Below, in pieces: positions 52,440 through 63,580 of a DNA stretch of 64,000 nt. Made by a program: the position numbers and the translations under genes. The notes under the pieces were generated by a model, which was not told where the DNA came from, did not search any database, and saw only the letters and a program-made list of their open reading frames with translations. Within the stretch, counting starts at the first letter, position 1, and every line of letters begins with the position of its first letter. The stretch is from Octopus bimaculoides (taxonomy: Eukaryota). The stretch spans positions 40,655,070-40,719,069 of the forward strand of contig NC_068990.1 in NCBI RefSeq assembly GCF_001194135.2, in the 5' to 3' direction.

Positions 52440-53547
52440 AAAAAAGCTGGAGTCGAACTCGGGGTTAGTAGCCCGCGTTCTTAACCACTACGTCATATGT
52501 CCGTGGGCAATTATGGAGTGAATTTGTAGGGCTTATAAATTAATACCGGTTCCCATATGCTATTCATATCTGCACTCGGTCTGCTTAGGAGGTTGTTGTG
52601 TTCAAGCATATGTGCTGCTTCTTTCAGTTTTCGTATTTTCCAGTGGTGTTCTCTGTCTTTATTTTAACTTCATTCCACAGGGGGAGGTGGTCTCCATTTT
52701 TCCATACATGATCAGCTATACCCGACTTATCAATATCTCCTCGTGTCACAGCTTTTCGATGTTCCTCTACCCTTATTTTGAGGGGGCGACATGTTTCGCT
52801 TTTGTATAACCTACCACAGCTGCATGGGATGGAGAACATGCAGTTTTTGGTCATATTCTATTCTATTTGTGGTTTTACTCGAAGGAGATATTTGCTAAGT
52901 GTTGTATTACTCTTGAATACTGTCCTGATGTCATATGGGCCGCATATCTTTTTTATCTTTTCAGAGAGGCCTCTCACATAGGGTGGACAGACTGCAGATA
53001 GTTTATTTGGGTTCATCCTCTCTTTTCTTCATAATTGGAGTAGATAGTATGTTTTTGGGGTATTTGTTGCTTAACACATTGTTACTGAGCTTGATCATTT
53101 CTTCATAGTGGGTATCACGATCGCTGCTTATATTTTTGCTCGATGTTTTAGGCACTTAGCAATCCCTCTCTTTACACTATGGATGGTGGGAATTGAAGTT
53201 GTGGCATCGTCCAGTGAAGGTCGGTTTGCGGTATACGGATGTCCTGAATCCATACTTGGTGCGTGTTATTAATACGTCCAGGAATGCTAGCTGAATATCT
53301 TTTTCCTTTCCATTGTGAACTGTATGGATGGCTTTATTGAGTTCACATGATCTAACAGCAATTGGACATCTTCCTGGTAGGACCAGAGTATAAAGGTGTC
53401 ATCAACATATCGCAGCCATAGGGATAGTGTTAGTGGTGTTGATCCTAAAGCCAAATTCACAAGGTATTCCGTATTATGGCGTAATGGTTAAGAGCGTGGG
53501 CTACTAACCCTAAGATTCCGAGTTCGATTCCAGGCAGTGACCTGAAT

Positions 53548-53584
<37 letters not shown>

Positions 53585-53624
53585 TCGAAAAATACCTTAG
53601 GAATGAGAACCCAGATTCGAAACT
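52440..53624 (-). mobile_element. Second copy of the same Penelope family (RT C-terminus + GIY-YIG), with 3' pLTR head at 52447-52545 and an inverted pLTR at 53469-53624
   Basis: Colinear reverse complement of 32675-33690. The minus strand reads WLRYVDDTF and KNCMFSIPCSCGRLYKSETCRPLKIRVEEHRKAVTRGDIDKSGIADHVWK. Confidence 0.93.
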
Positions 53625-54085
53625 GGATCACCTCCTCCAGTGCCCCCTCCGTTATTGCAAAACACCTTTTTCTGCCTCTCTGCCTCTCGGTCACACTCTA
53701 GCCTTTCATCCTCTGAAACAAGTTCCTTCCTCAAATGCCCTGCCCCTCTCAAAGTTCATTCTCTTGCGAGTTACTTAGTAATCCTGCTAGTATTGGAGCA
53801 ACGAAAAAGCATCCAGTCCACACTGTGGCGTTTGGAAGGGCATTCAGCTGTAAAAACCATGTCAAAACTAACCTCACTTGTGCTAGTCTTACGTAAAAAG
53901 CACTGAGTCCACTCTGCAGAGTGGTTGGTGTTAGGAAAAGCATGCTGCTATAAAAAAAAACCTGCCAAAACAGACACAGTAGCCTGGGATAGTCTTCTAC
54001 CTGGCTGTCTCCTGTCAACCATCCTATCCATGCATGCATGCATGGAAGATGGACATTAAACAATGATGATAATGATGATGAGGGT
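53625..54085 (+). mobile_element. 3' UTR of an RTE-type LINE/associated SINE with (GAT)n tail
   Basis: AAAAAGCA..AGTCCAC.CTG..GAGTGGTTGG.GTTAGGAA.GGCAT is tandemly repeated, then CCTGTCAACCATCC...ATGGAAGATGGACATTAAACAATGATGAT. Confidence 0.6.
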
Positions 54086-55409
54086 AATAGTGAAGATGAT
54101 GATGTGTATACATATGCACACGCACATACATTCCATAAATCGTAGCACTAATTTCACAATAGCATTTGAGTAGCATAGAAATAACTGGCCCAATGTTGCT
54201 GTTTCTATTCAACCAATGTTTAAAGTTCCGCATAAGGCAAGCATTACATATCAACATTATTATCCATGATGAAACCCACAGATAAATCATTAAAATACCT
54301 ATCAATGATATTTGGTAACACTGTTATTAAGAAGTATTTCTATATAAATTTCCCTACCATGTGGTCATCAGTTAGATAAACCTTTGTAATTTGTTTTACA
54401 TGTGTAATTTTAAGAAGAGATATTCTTTGCACAATGTCATGAATATCTGTATAATTTACGGCATTTATGTCATTTCTGTTTTGCATTCACTAAAATGGTG
54501 CAGAATTCCTAAAGATGAAACAATTATTGGAAAAATATTCACTGGTAAGCTTCAATTATGTACTCAGCATGAATAGCTTTCTAGCTGGGAAATGTTCAAA
54601 TCATTTACCACAAAATCATCACTTTTATGCATCTGAAACATCTGAACACAGTTAAATCTGTTACAGTGAATGTCTTGAGAGATATGATAGGCCTTGTATG
54701 AAAGGGAAGAAACCCTGCTTATAAAGTCTTTTATGTTATCATACACTAATGAGACGTTTTAAATTGAAATTATCGTAATTAAGCACTTAACGAAATATTT
54801 ATTTCATCAAAGCTGTAGAGAAATATCATGTAAATAGATTTTTACTGTAATATGATATAAAACTGCAACAACAATGAACAAAATACGTAATGTATTCATT
54901 CAATAAGAAAACGCAATGGAATATAATGATTTCTGAAATCATTGAATTCACAATGAAAATAAACAATAAAGATATTTTAAAAAGCATTACCGATAACATG
55001 GCTTACCAGTTTGAAAGCTGCAAACCTCATGAAAATAATTCCGATTAATATACTGCTTAATGACATCTCAATTAGTAATTAATCCCAGTAAAAGGTAATT
55101 ACAAATACATAAAAAAAAGTGATATTATAAAATATAGAATATTTAAGATAATATTTTTTCTTTCATGAACACACGGTTACAAACTTGTATGGTGAATCGC
55201 AGTTCAGTGAATCGATCTTACTACATTACTGGCACTTATATAGTTCTTGGAATGATAAAAGAGAAACTGCATTCTAGAAGGATATACATTGGAACCAAGA
55301 ACAAAAACAAAAAATATAACTGTATGGTGCTTTGGCCACTGCTCCACTTCCTTACTAATCCAGCAACCTAGAATTTGCTACTTATGCAAAGAATAGTCGG
55401 CGTCGTGTT

Positions 55410-55680
55410 GCATTGTGTTCCTGCAGGGGTAAAGACTTGTTCCCGCTAAACGGAACCTGTATGACCGAGACCATTATTTATGAAGCCACCGTAAATTCTA
55501 CGAATGCTAATAATACAGTTTCATGGAAGAAATAGGTGGGTCTCACAGAGGAAAATTTCAAAGCAAGATTCAACAATTACAGCTTAAGCTTCAGACACTG
55601 GAATAAACGAAAAACTACCAAATTATCCAGTTGTATATGGTTCTTAAAAGAACAAAGTGTCAGCTACAGGATTTACAATA
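55410..55680 (+). mobile_element. GIY-YIG fragment of a Penelope-like element (second type)
   Basis: CSCRGKDLFPLNGTCMTETIIYEATVNSTNANNTVSWKK*VGLTEENFKARFNNYSLSFRHWNKRKTTKLSSCIWFLKEQSVSY. Confidence 0.8.
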
Positions 55681-56038
55681 TTTTAAGTAATAACCAGCTG
55701 TAATAACTTGCCCTGAACTTTTCTGGCTTTATAATCATAATAATACTTTTTCTCTTGCTCGCATTTTCCATGTAATCCATGTTTTTTTCCAGGCTATGCT
55801 ATTATGCTAATTAATAATGTGTCAAATATGTCAATTAGTGGTGTCGTTGATAATTTTTTTCTTTACCCCAATGATGCTGGTGACATATATCAAAAGTCTC
55901 CTTATAGAATTATATTCATAAAAAAGTTTAAAACTATACTATCACCCTCAAATTTGAGAAGCAAACACTCATAACTTTTTTCTTTTAAAACTTCCTTGCA
56001 GATGCTGTGTGTGAGTAAATTGCAGCCTTAAGAATATT

Positions 56039-56256
56039 CTTTTCTACTCCAGGCACAAGACCCAAAAATTTTGGGGAGGGAGCCAGTCGATTAGATCGAC
56101 CCCCTGGACGCAACTGGCACTTAACGTATCGACTCCGAAAAGATGAAAAGCAAAGTCAACCTCGGCGGAATTTGAACTCGGAACGTAAAGACAGACGAAA
56201 TACCGCTAAGCATTTCACCCGGCGCGCTAACGTTTCTGCCAGCTCGCCGCCTTAGT
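56039..56256 (-). mobile_element. SINE family C, young copy with TSD
   Basis: The minus-strand head has A/B boxes (GGCAGAAACGTTAGC, GAGTTCAAATTCC). 12-bp TSD CTTAAGAATATT at 56027-56038 and 56257-56268. Confidence 0.9.
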
Positions 56257-56310
56257 CTTAAGAATATTATTCAATTGCCACCGTAGTTGAATGATTAAAT
56301 GTTTGAATTC

Positions 56311-56750
56311 TCATTCTTTTGTCTTTTTTACTGTCTTGTGATATTTCTTTTCCTTCTTCATTTCTTTCAGGCTCATGACAGCATCATAGTGGCCGTTGTC
56401 AATTTCGCCACTATATAACACTGAAATCTTCCTTTCTGTAAATGTTCGACTGCAAACGGTGAACAGAGGAAGAATAATTTCACCGTCATTTTTGTGATGA
56501 ACCTGAATTGCAACATTGTACAATTCACTAATGGTAGCTAATTCAACATTACCGCCGTATGTTCTATCCCTACTCATGTATGCTTGGTATTCCTGCATTG
56601 TACTATTACGAATAAAAGCATGGAAATACTTCCAATTATTGCATATGTATCGTACGGACTCTTCTCGGTGAGTTCGGTAATTTCTGTTGTTTTTTTAGCA
56701 TGAGTGACACAGCTCTGATCATACAGTTACAATCACCCATGACTTTATTA
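56311..56750 (-). pseudogene. OTU-family cysteine protease (deubiquitinase-like) domain with one homopolymer frameshift
   Basis: KVMGDCNCMIRAVSLMLK/NNRNYRTHREESVRYICNNWKYFHAFIRNSTMQEYQAYMSRDRTYGGNVELATISELYNVAIQVH...ISVLYSGEIDNGHYDAV shows the canonical OTU G-D-x-N-C, YGG..EL and HYD motifs. Confidence 0.85.
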
Positions 56751-57359
56751 AAGGTGCGAATTAATAAATTAATGTAATTTTTGAATATTTTTCAATAAAT
56801 TCAGTAAGAGACTTCACCTTCAGTTTAAACTTTAGATGGTTTTGTGAACAGAACTTGACGGAAAATTACAACACCAAAAGGGATAAAATACTAAATGATA
56901 GTAATTTCTTTTTTAGAAATCTCTCTTTCTAAATTTGTCATAGATGAATGAATGATTATAATTTTGTAAATAATAAAAACGAAACTAATAAGGTACTTTA
57001 CCTTCAGTGTTGACTTGAAACGTCATCTTCCTGAAAAGAAAAGTGAATTGACTCTAAGTATTTAGTAGACGATAACTTCTTTATCGTCTGTTCATAAAAG
57101 GAATACTTCGGTTATTTCCGGATAATTTCGGTTTAAACATTGTCAAATTCTTGTCAATAGATTTGTGAGTGTGTATGTGATGTGTGTGTGTTACTAACCT
57201 GTAATCTGATTTAAACTAACTTTCAGAATTCGTAATTCTCAATACATCTTGCTTTAATTTTTACAATATTCTTTTTCTGTTTTTGTGTTTCCATACTTTG
57301 CCATGATTTCCTCATCGATCAAGTTTTTCAACCCCCCCCTCTCTCTCTCTCTCTCTCTC

Positions 57360-57525
57360 CCTGGTGAAAGATTTAGGGACATCCTAATTGAGAAATCTGA
57401 CGAGAGGGAGGAGGAACTACATGCTTGTAACGTAGAGGGCAACTGGGAATTCCTACGGGACAACTTGCTGACTGCCACAGACCGAATTTGCGGCTGGTGC
57501 AAAGTCCCATCTAGACATAGGGTGA
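57360..57525 (+). mobile_element. RTE-clade LINE fragment (APE-RT linker)
   Basis: ERFRDILIEKSDEREEELHACNVEGNWEFLRDNLLTATDRICGWCKVPSRHRV resembles the linker preceding the WWN motif. Confidence 0.6.
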
Positions 57526-58173
57526 AGTTCATTATTATCTCCATCATGCTCGCCTGTCTTTTGTTAACCCTTGTATACTATGTATATTTCTCTTCCTTAC
57601 TTTNNNNNNNNNNNNNNNNNNNNNNNNNNNNNNNNNNNNNNNNNNNNNNNNNNNNNNNNNNNNNNNNNNNNNNNNNNNNNNNNNNNNNNNNNNNNNNNNN
57701 NNNNNNNNNNNNNNNNNNNNNNNNNNNNNNNNNNNNNNNNNNNNNNNNNNNNNNNNNNNNNNNNNNNNNNNNNNNNNNNNNNNNNNNNNNNNNNNNNNNN
57801 NNNNNNNNNNNNNNNNNNNNNNNNNNNNNNNNNNNNNNNNNNNNNNNNNNNNNNNNNNNNNNNNNNNNNNNNNNNNNNNNNNNNNNNNNNNNNNNNNNNN
57901 NNNNNNNNNNNNNNNNNNNNNNNNNNNNNNNNNNNNNNNNNNNNNNNNNNNNNNNNNNNNNNNNNNNNNNNNNNNNNNNNNNNNNNNNNNNNNNNNNNNN
58001 NNNNNNNNNNNNNNNNNNNNNNNNNNNNNNNNNNNNNNNNNNNNNNNNNNNNNNNNNNNNNNNNNNNNNNNNNNNNNNNNNNATATATATATATATATAT
58101 ATATATTTCGGTGCGAATGGTTTTGTTATACTGTGCCAGGTTTTACAACACTGTAAATAATAATAATAATGGT

Positions 58174-58369
58174 ATTTATATAAGCTTAAAACTTATAGCG
58201 ATCCCCGTGCAATGACTAAGGAAAATAGTCTAACAATGGAGCATACAAGCCCTCGACAGAAAAAGGTAGTACTACTTTTTTCTGTCGTGGGCTTATATGT
58301 CTCATTATTAGACTATTTTCCATAGTCATTGTGCACGGTGATCGTTATAAGCTTTAAGCTTATATAAAT
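58174..58369. repeat. ~196-bp palindromic MITE-like element
   Basis: ATTTATATAAGCTTAAAACTTATAGCGATC...GACAGAAAAAGGTAG|TA|CTACTTTTTTCTGTC...GATCGTTATAAGCTTTAAGCTTATATAAAT, an imperfect end-to-end inverted repeat. Confidence 0.88.
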
Positions 58370-58375
58370 GGCATT

Positions 58376-58407
<32 letters not shown>

Positions 58408-58499
58408 GTATACATACATGCGTACATACATACATACATACATACGCATACACGTTTATATACGCCTATGCATGTGCATGCATATACATGTGTGTATTC

Positions 58500-58549
<50 letters not shown>

Positions 58550-59255
58550 NNNNNNNNNNNNNNNNNNNNNNNNNNNNNNNNNNNNNNNNNNNNNNNNNNN
58601 NNNNNNNNNNNNNNNNNNNNNNNNNNNNNNNNNNNNNNNNNNNNNNNNNNNNNNNNNNNNNNNNNNNNNNNNNNNNNNNNNNNNNNNNNNNNNNNNNNNN
58701 NNNNNNNNNNNNNNNNNNNNNNNNNNNNNNNNNNNNNNNNNNNNNNNNNNNNNNNNNNNNNNNNNNNNNNNNNNNNNNNNNNNNNNNNNNNNNNNNNNNN
58801 NNNNNNNNNNNNNNNNNNNNNNNNNNNNNNNNNNNNNNNNNNNNNNNNNNNNNNNNNNNNNNNNNNNNNNNNNNNNNNNNNNNNNNNNNNNNNNNNNNNN
58901 NNNNNNNNNNNNNNNNNNNNNNNNNNNNNNNNNNNNNNNNNNNNNNNNNNNNNNNNNNNNNNNNNNNNNNNNNNNNNNNNNNNNNNNNNNNNNNNNNNNN
59001 NNNNNNNNNNNNNNNNNNNNNNNNNNNNNNNNNNNNNNNNNNNNNNNNNNNNNNNNNNNNNNNNNNNNNNNNNNNNNNNNNNNNNNNNNNNNNNNNNNNN
59101 NNNNNNNNNNNNNNNNNNNNNNNNNNNNNNNNNNNNNNNNNNNNNNNNNNNNNNNTAATATTTACACGTGCTGTTTATATTCAAACACCCATATACACCC
59201 ATATATACACGTCAGTGTATGTGTACGTTAATGAGCTCATATATGCACGTGTGTT

Positions 59256-59314
59256 TATAGATAGATAGATAGATAGACAGAAAGACAGACAGATAGGTAG
59301 ATCGACAGACAGAC

Positions 59315-59382
<68 letters not shown>
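59256..59382. repeat. (GATA)n/(GACA)n tetranucleotide microsatellite
   Basis: Direct reading of the sequence. Confidence 0.95.
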
Positions 59383-59383
<1 letters not shown>

Positions 59384-59857
59384 TTATTTTACCGGATTCT
59401 CATATGTGTAAATTTTAAGCAGTGACGTTTTGTCATAAAACCCGTTCCCAGATTTAAAAGCTGATCCCCTTCCCACAGTTTAATGAATCTTGACCCATTT
59501 TTCTTTATTTCCCCAGTTTATGAAATGGGGTGAGGCGGGAAAACTAATCTTGGTTTGTTTTGTTTGTGAATTCCTTTTTCTCCATGCTATTGTGAATTAC
59601 TGTAACTTGTATTGGGTTTTGCAGACTTTTTGTAGGGTTGTTGTTATTGAGAATGGTTATAATGATGACGACGATCATGACGGTGAGTTAATGTAGGTTG
59701 AATGAATTGTGCTTAGTTGCTTTTTTAGTTAGTTTTTAAGTCCATTTCAAATATATGAGTATTGGAGAAAAGTAGAAAGCGCCTGTGCTGGTGCGTCAGT
59801 GAACTTGTTTCACTATTCAAATTATACCAAATAAGTATCTTCTATAGTCTGGGTATA

Positions 59858-60227
59858 GGAGGCGCAATGGCCCAGTAGTTAGGGTAGCGGACTCGTGGTC
59901 ATAGGATCGCGGTTTCGATTCCGATTCCCAAACCGGGAGTTGTGAGTGTTTATTGAGCGAAAACACCCAAAGCTTCACGAGGCTCCGGCAGGGGATGGTG
60001 GTGAACTCTGCTGTACTTTTTCACCACAACTTTCTCTCACTCTTACTTCCTGTTTCTGTTGTGCCTGTAATTCAAAGAGTCAACCTTGTCACACTGTGTC
60101 ACGCTGAATATCCCTGAAAACTATGTTAAGGGTACACGTGTCTGTGGAGTGCTCAGCCACTTGCACGTTAATTTCACGAGCAGGCTGTTCCGTTGATCGG
60201 ATGAACTGGAACCCTCAACGTCGTAAC
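59858..60227 (+). mobile_element. SINE family A lacking (CAA)n tail, with TSD
   Basis: TSD AGTCTGGGTAT at 59846-59856 and 60228-60238. Confidence 0.93.
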
Positions 60228-60297
60228 AGTCTGGGTATGACTTTAAACTGTAGTTCGAAGCGGAGCCTTGGATTGAGAGTTCAAGTTTTGAGGGGTG

Positions 60298-60448
60298 CTT
60301 GTCAATCATTAGAAAGGTGCTCTCACGTGGTTAAGAGTTGTTTTTGACTCTTATTCCTAGCAATGCTGGTGCTCACTAGCACCTGCTAGGAATAAGAGTC
60401 AAAATCAACTCTTAGCCACTTGAGAGCACCTTTCTAACGACTGACAAG
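60298..60448. repeat. 151-bp palindromic MITE-like element
   Basis: CTTGTCAATCATTAGAAAGGTGCTCTCACGTGGTTAAGAGTTG...GGTGCT-CACT-AGCACC...CAACTCTTAGCCACTTGAGAGCACCTTTCTAACGACTGACAAG, with GGTG on both flanks. Confidence 0.9.
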
Positions 60449-61431
60449 GGTGACAAGCTCCCCACCTACGGCACGTGAGACGAAGTCATATCAGCACTGA
60501 TTTCAGGTTTGATTAATATTCATTAGCGATTCATTACTCCATCGCCGAAGGCTCAAGAGCCTAACTCACCCTGTCAGCCTTATAAAGTCTTTGAAGATTC
60601 ATGTTGTCGTTGAAAGCTCGAAACGAGGAATAGACAGCCGACAACTGACGAAGGGTCTTTTCTCTGTGTGTACTTGTTCTGTTTTTACGTATTTCATGTT
60701 GCTTGCACAGTTGGTGACGTCCTGTACCCATATATGCACATATATATTATTTATTATTATTATTTAATTGAACTCCACGCATCCATTTCCAAATCTCAAA
60801 CTATTTATGCCATAGTGTAGCTGAGGAGGAGTCCTTTTTAAAACTATCGGCTGAATTAGTGGTGAAGCTTGGAAGCTGCTGCGATTGACGAAATGGTGGC
60901 CTTAAGAATAAGGTTGAATGATATATATATTTAACGTTGATATATATATGTATGTATGTATATATCTATAGCTCTGAGATTTTTGGAGATTATCTATGGG
61001 TCTCTAGCCAAAAGTTCTCCGGAAGCGAGCGGCTAGCTGATCTTCTTCGACGCCCAAGGTCTCTGCAAGAAGGTCGTCGCACTTTCCTTTCACTAATCCT
61101 CTAGAGGACGCTAAAGTGGACTTTCCACCTATCTCAGCGTCCGATTGGCTGAGGGCTGTGAGCGCTTGAAAACTTTCTATTTTTCAAATGTCTTTATGGT
61201 TATTTTAAGATGATGAAATATTGCATTTGAACTATGCAGCAATGAATAATTTAGTATATTTTAAAGGTATGTTTCCATGATGTAAATGAAATATATGCAT
61301 ACACGTCATTAATTGGAATTTTTATATAATGCATGAGCTAAAACCAAACAACTTTCTCATCATGAAAATTGTACATGATGTCAAAAAACTAATTGCATAT
61401 TTGAAATCAGCATTAAAACTACACTAAATAA

Positions 61432-61596
61432 GGCGTAGGAGTGGCTGTGTGGTAAGTAGCTTGCTTACCAACCACATGGTTCCGGGTTCAGTCCCACTGC
61501 GTGGCATCTTGAGCAAGTGTCTTCTACTATAGCCTCGAGCCGACCAAAGTCTTGTGAGTGGATTTGGTAGACGGAAACTGAAAGAAGCCCGTCGTA

Positions 61597-61667
<71 letters not shown>

Positions 61668-61900
61668 ATGTGTGTATGTGTTTGTGTGTCTGTGTTTGTC
61701 CCCCCAACATCGCTTGACAACCGATGCTGGTGTGTTTACGTCCCTGTAACTTAGCGGTTCGGCAAAAGAGACCGATAGAATAAGTACTAGGCTTACAAAG
61801 AATAAGTCCTGGGGTCGAATTGCTTGACTAAAGGTGGTGTTCCAGCATGGCCACAGTCAAAAGACTGAAACAAGTAAAAGAGTAAAAGAGAGTAAAGAGT
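61432..61900 (+). mobile_element. SINE family B, full length, internal (TA)n(TG)n
   Basis: GGCGTAGGAGTGGCTGTGTGGTAAG (A box), GGTTCAGTCCC (B-box-like), internal microsatellite and a GTAAAAGA tandem tail. Confidence 0.93.
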
Positions 61901-61904
61901 AAGT

Positions 61905-62480
61905 ACACATTGGCATATGCTTGATGAAAAATACTTGTTGACCAGTGTTTTCAAAGAGATATTCGCATTTGCAGGACATCTTATCACTATGACAGTGCAT
62001 AGTTTTTCTTGTCTGTCCCAAACAGTAATATCCGGACTCTTATGTATACACCTGACAGATGATTTGATGGAAATGTTCTACTAGCATTCCTTGTGTTGAT
62101 GTTTATGTATGTATTCAGGGAAATTTTCTATATTTATTCCAGTACAATCTTTTTTTCCAAATGGTATTGTACATAACTTTAGCAACAACATCGTGTCGCA
62201 TAAGGAGGCAGTATCTTGGTTACATTTTTAGGCAGCTGTTAATCACATGTGTGATGTCTTACACAGAGATATGATATAATTTACATTTTCTGTTGCATCT
62301 TGGAGCACCAAGGGCTTCGCTGTTTCTTTTGCTTATTAGATATTTCGTAGCAATCTCTTGTTCATGGATTGCCTTCGAAGTATGATGTAATGTAGCAGCC
62401 AAGACTTCTAGAGTGACTACGCTTCATATCGATATTACAGTCATTTTCAATTCTTCGGGAAACATGCCCATGCATATTCT
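61905..62480 (-). mobile_element. Diverged R4/Dong-clade LINE fragment related to 29616-30627
   Basis: The minus strand reads EQEIATKYLISKRN, RCNRKCKLY...DITHVINSCLK, RHDVVAKVMYN and SPDITVWDRQEKLCTVIVIRCPANANIS. Confidence 0.8.
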
Positions 62481-62803
62481 GTTTTTGGTATGCTGAACGT
62501 TTCACATCTAGGTATTGAACTATTGCGTCTGTTTATCATTATTGGTATAATGACCCTCTCAAGATACAACAGTATTTGTTTTATCATACGAATTCATATC
62601 AAGAATCTTACGAACCAAATACAAAAACGAAGTAAGAATACACGTTTAAGAATAAGAATTCATAAAAAGATAGAGTTTATCAATTAACCATCTCTTGTGC
62701 TTGTCATGGTTCCACTTCAAAATAAGCAAACGACATGTCTTCGCTTCCAACACAGCAGGATACTAAAATCTGTCATTTTGCAGACTTAATATAGTATCAC
62801 TGT

Positions 62804-63275
62804 GGAGGCGCAATGGCCCAGTGGTTAGGGCAGCGGACTCGCGGTCATAGGATCGCGATTTCGATTCCCAGACCGGGCGTTGTGAGTGTTTATTGAGCGA
62901 AATAACCTAAATCTCCACGAGGCTCTGGCAGGGGATGGTGGTGAACCCTGCTGTACTCTTTCACCACAACTTTCTCTCGCTCTTACTTCCTGTTTCTATT
63001 GTACCTGTAATTCAAAGGGTCAGCCTTGTCACACTGTGTCACGCTGAATATCCCCGAGAACTACGTTAAGGGTACACGTGTCTGTGGAGTGNNNNNNNNN
63101 NGGGTCAGCCTTGTCACACTGTGTCACGCTGAATATCCCCGAGAACTACGTTAAGGGTACACGTGTCTGTGGAGTGGTCAGCCACTTGCACGTTAATTTC
63201 ACGAGCAGGCTGTTCCGTTGATCGGATCAACTGGAACCCTCGACGTCGTAAGCGACGGAGTGCCAACAACAACAA
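62804..63275 (+). mobile_element. SINE family A with TSD (apparent internal duplication is an assembly overlap)
   Basis: TSD ATAGTATCACT at 62791-62801 and 63276-63286. The ~75 bp before the 10-N gap is repeated after it. Confidence 0.93.
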
Positions 63276-63397
63276 ATAGTATCACTACTCAGTGTTTATT
63301 TTTGTTGTTTTTCAAGCCATTAATAAAAGATTATTAATTAAATCAACAAGTGTGCTTGCACACGCACATGCACGTGTGTCTGTGTGTGTGCGCGCGT

Positions 63398-63580
63398 ATT
63401 CTTTCATTTGTTTCGTTCATTTGACAGCGGCCAAACTGGAGCACCTCCTTTAGTCGAACAAATTGACCTCAGGACTTATTCTATGTAAGCCTAGTGCTTA
63501 TTCTATCGGTCTGTTTTGCCGAACCACTAAGTTACGGGGACTTAAAAACACCAACACCGCTTGTCAAACGATGGTGGGGT
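63398..63580 (-). mobile_element. SINE family B, 3' part, diverged
   Basis: Reverse-complement match to the 3' half of 61432-61900. Confidence 0.85.

Noticed and set aside
57067-57089. 9-bp hairpin as a Helitron 3' terminus near the OTU domain
   Set aside because: It lies upstream of the OTU frame, and no CTRR end follows it.
63017-63176. Internal tandem duplication in a SINE
   Set aside because: The identical sequence on both sides of a 10-N gap indicates an unmerged contig overlap.
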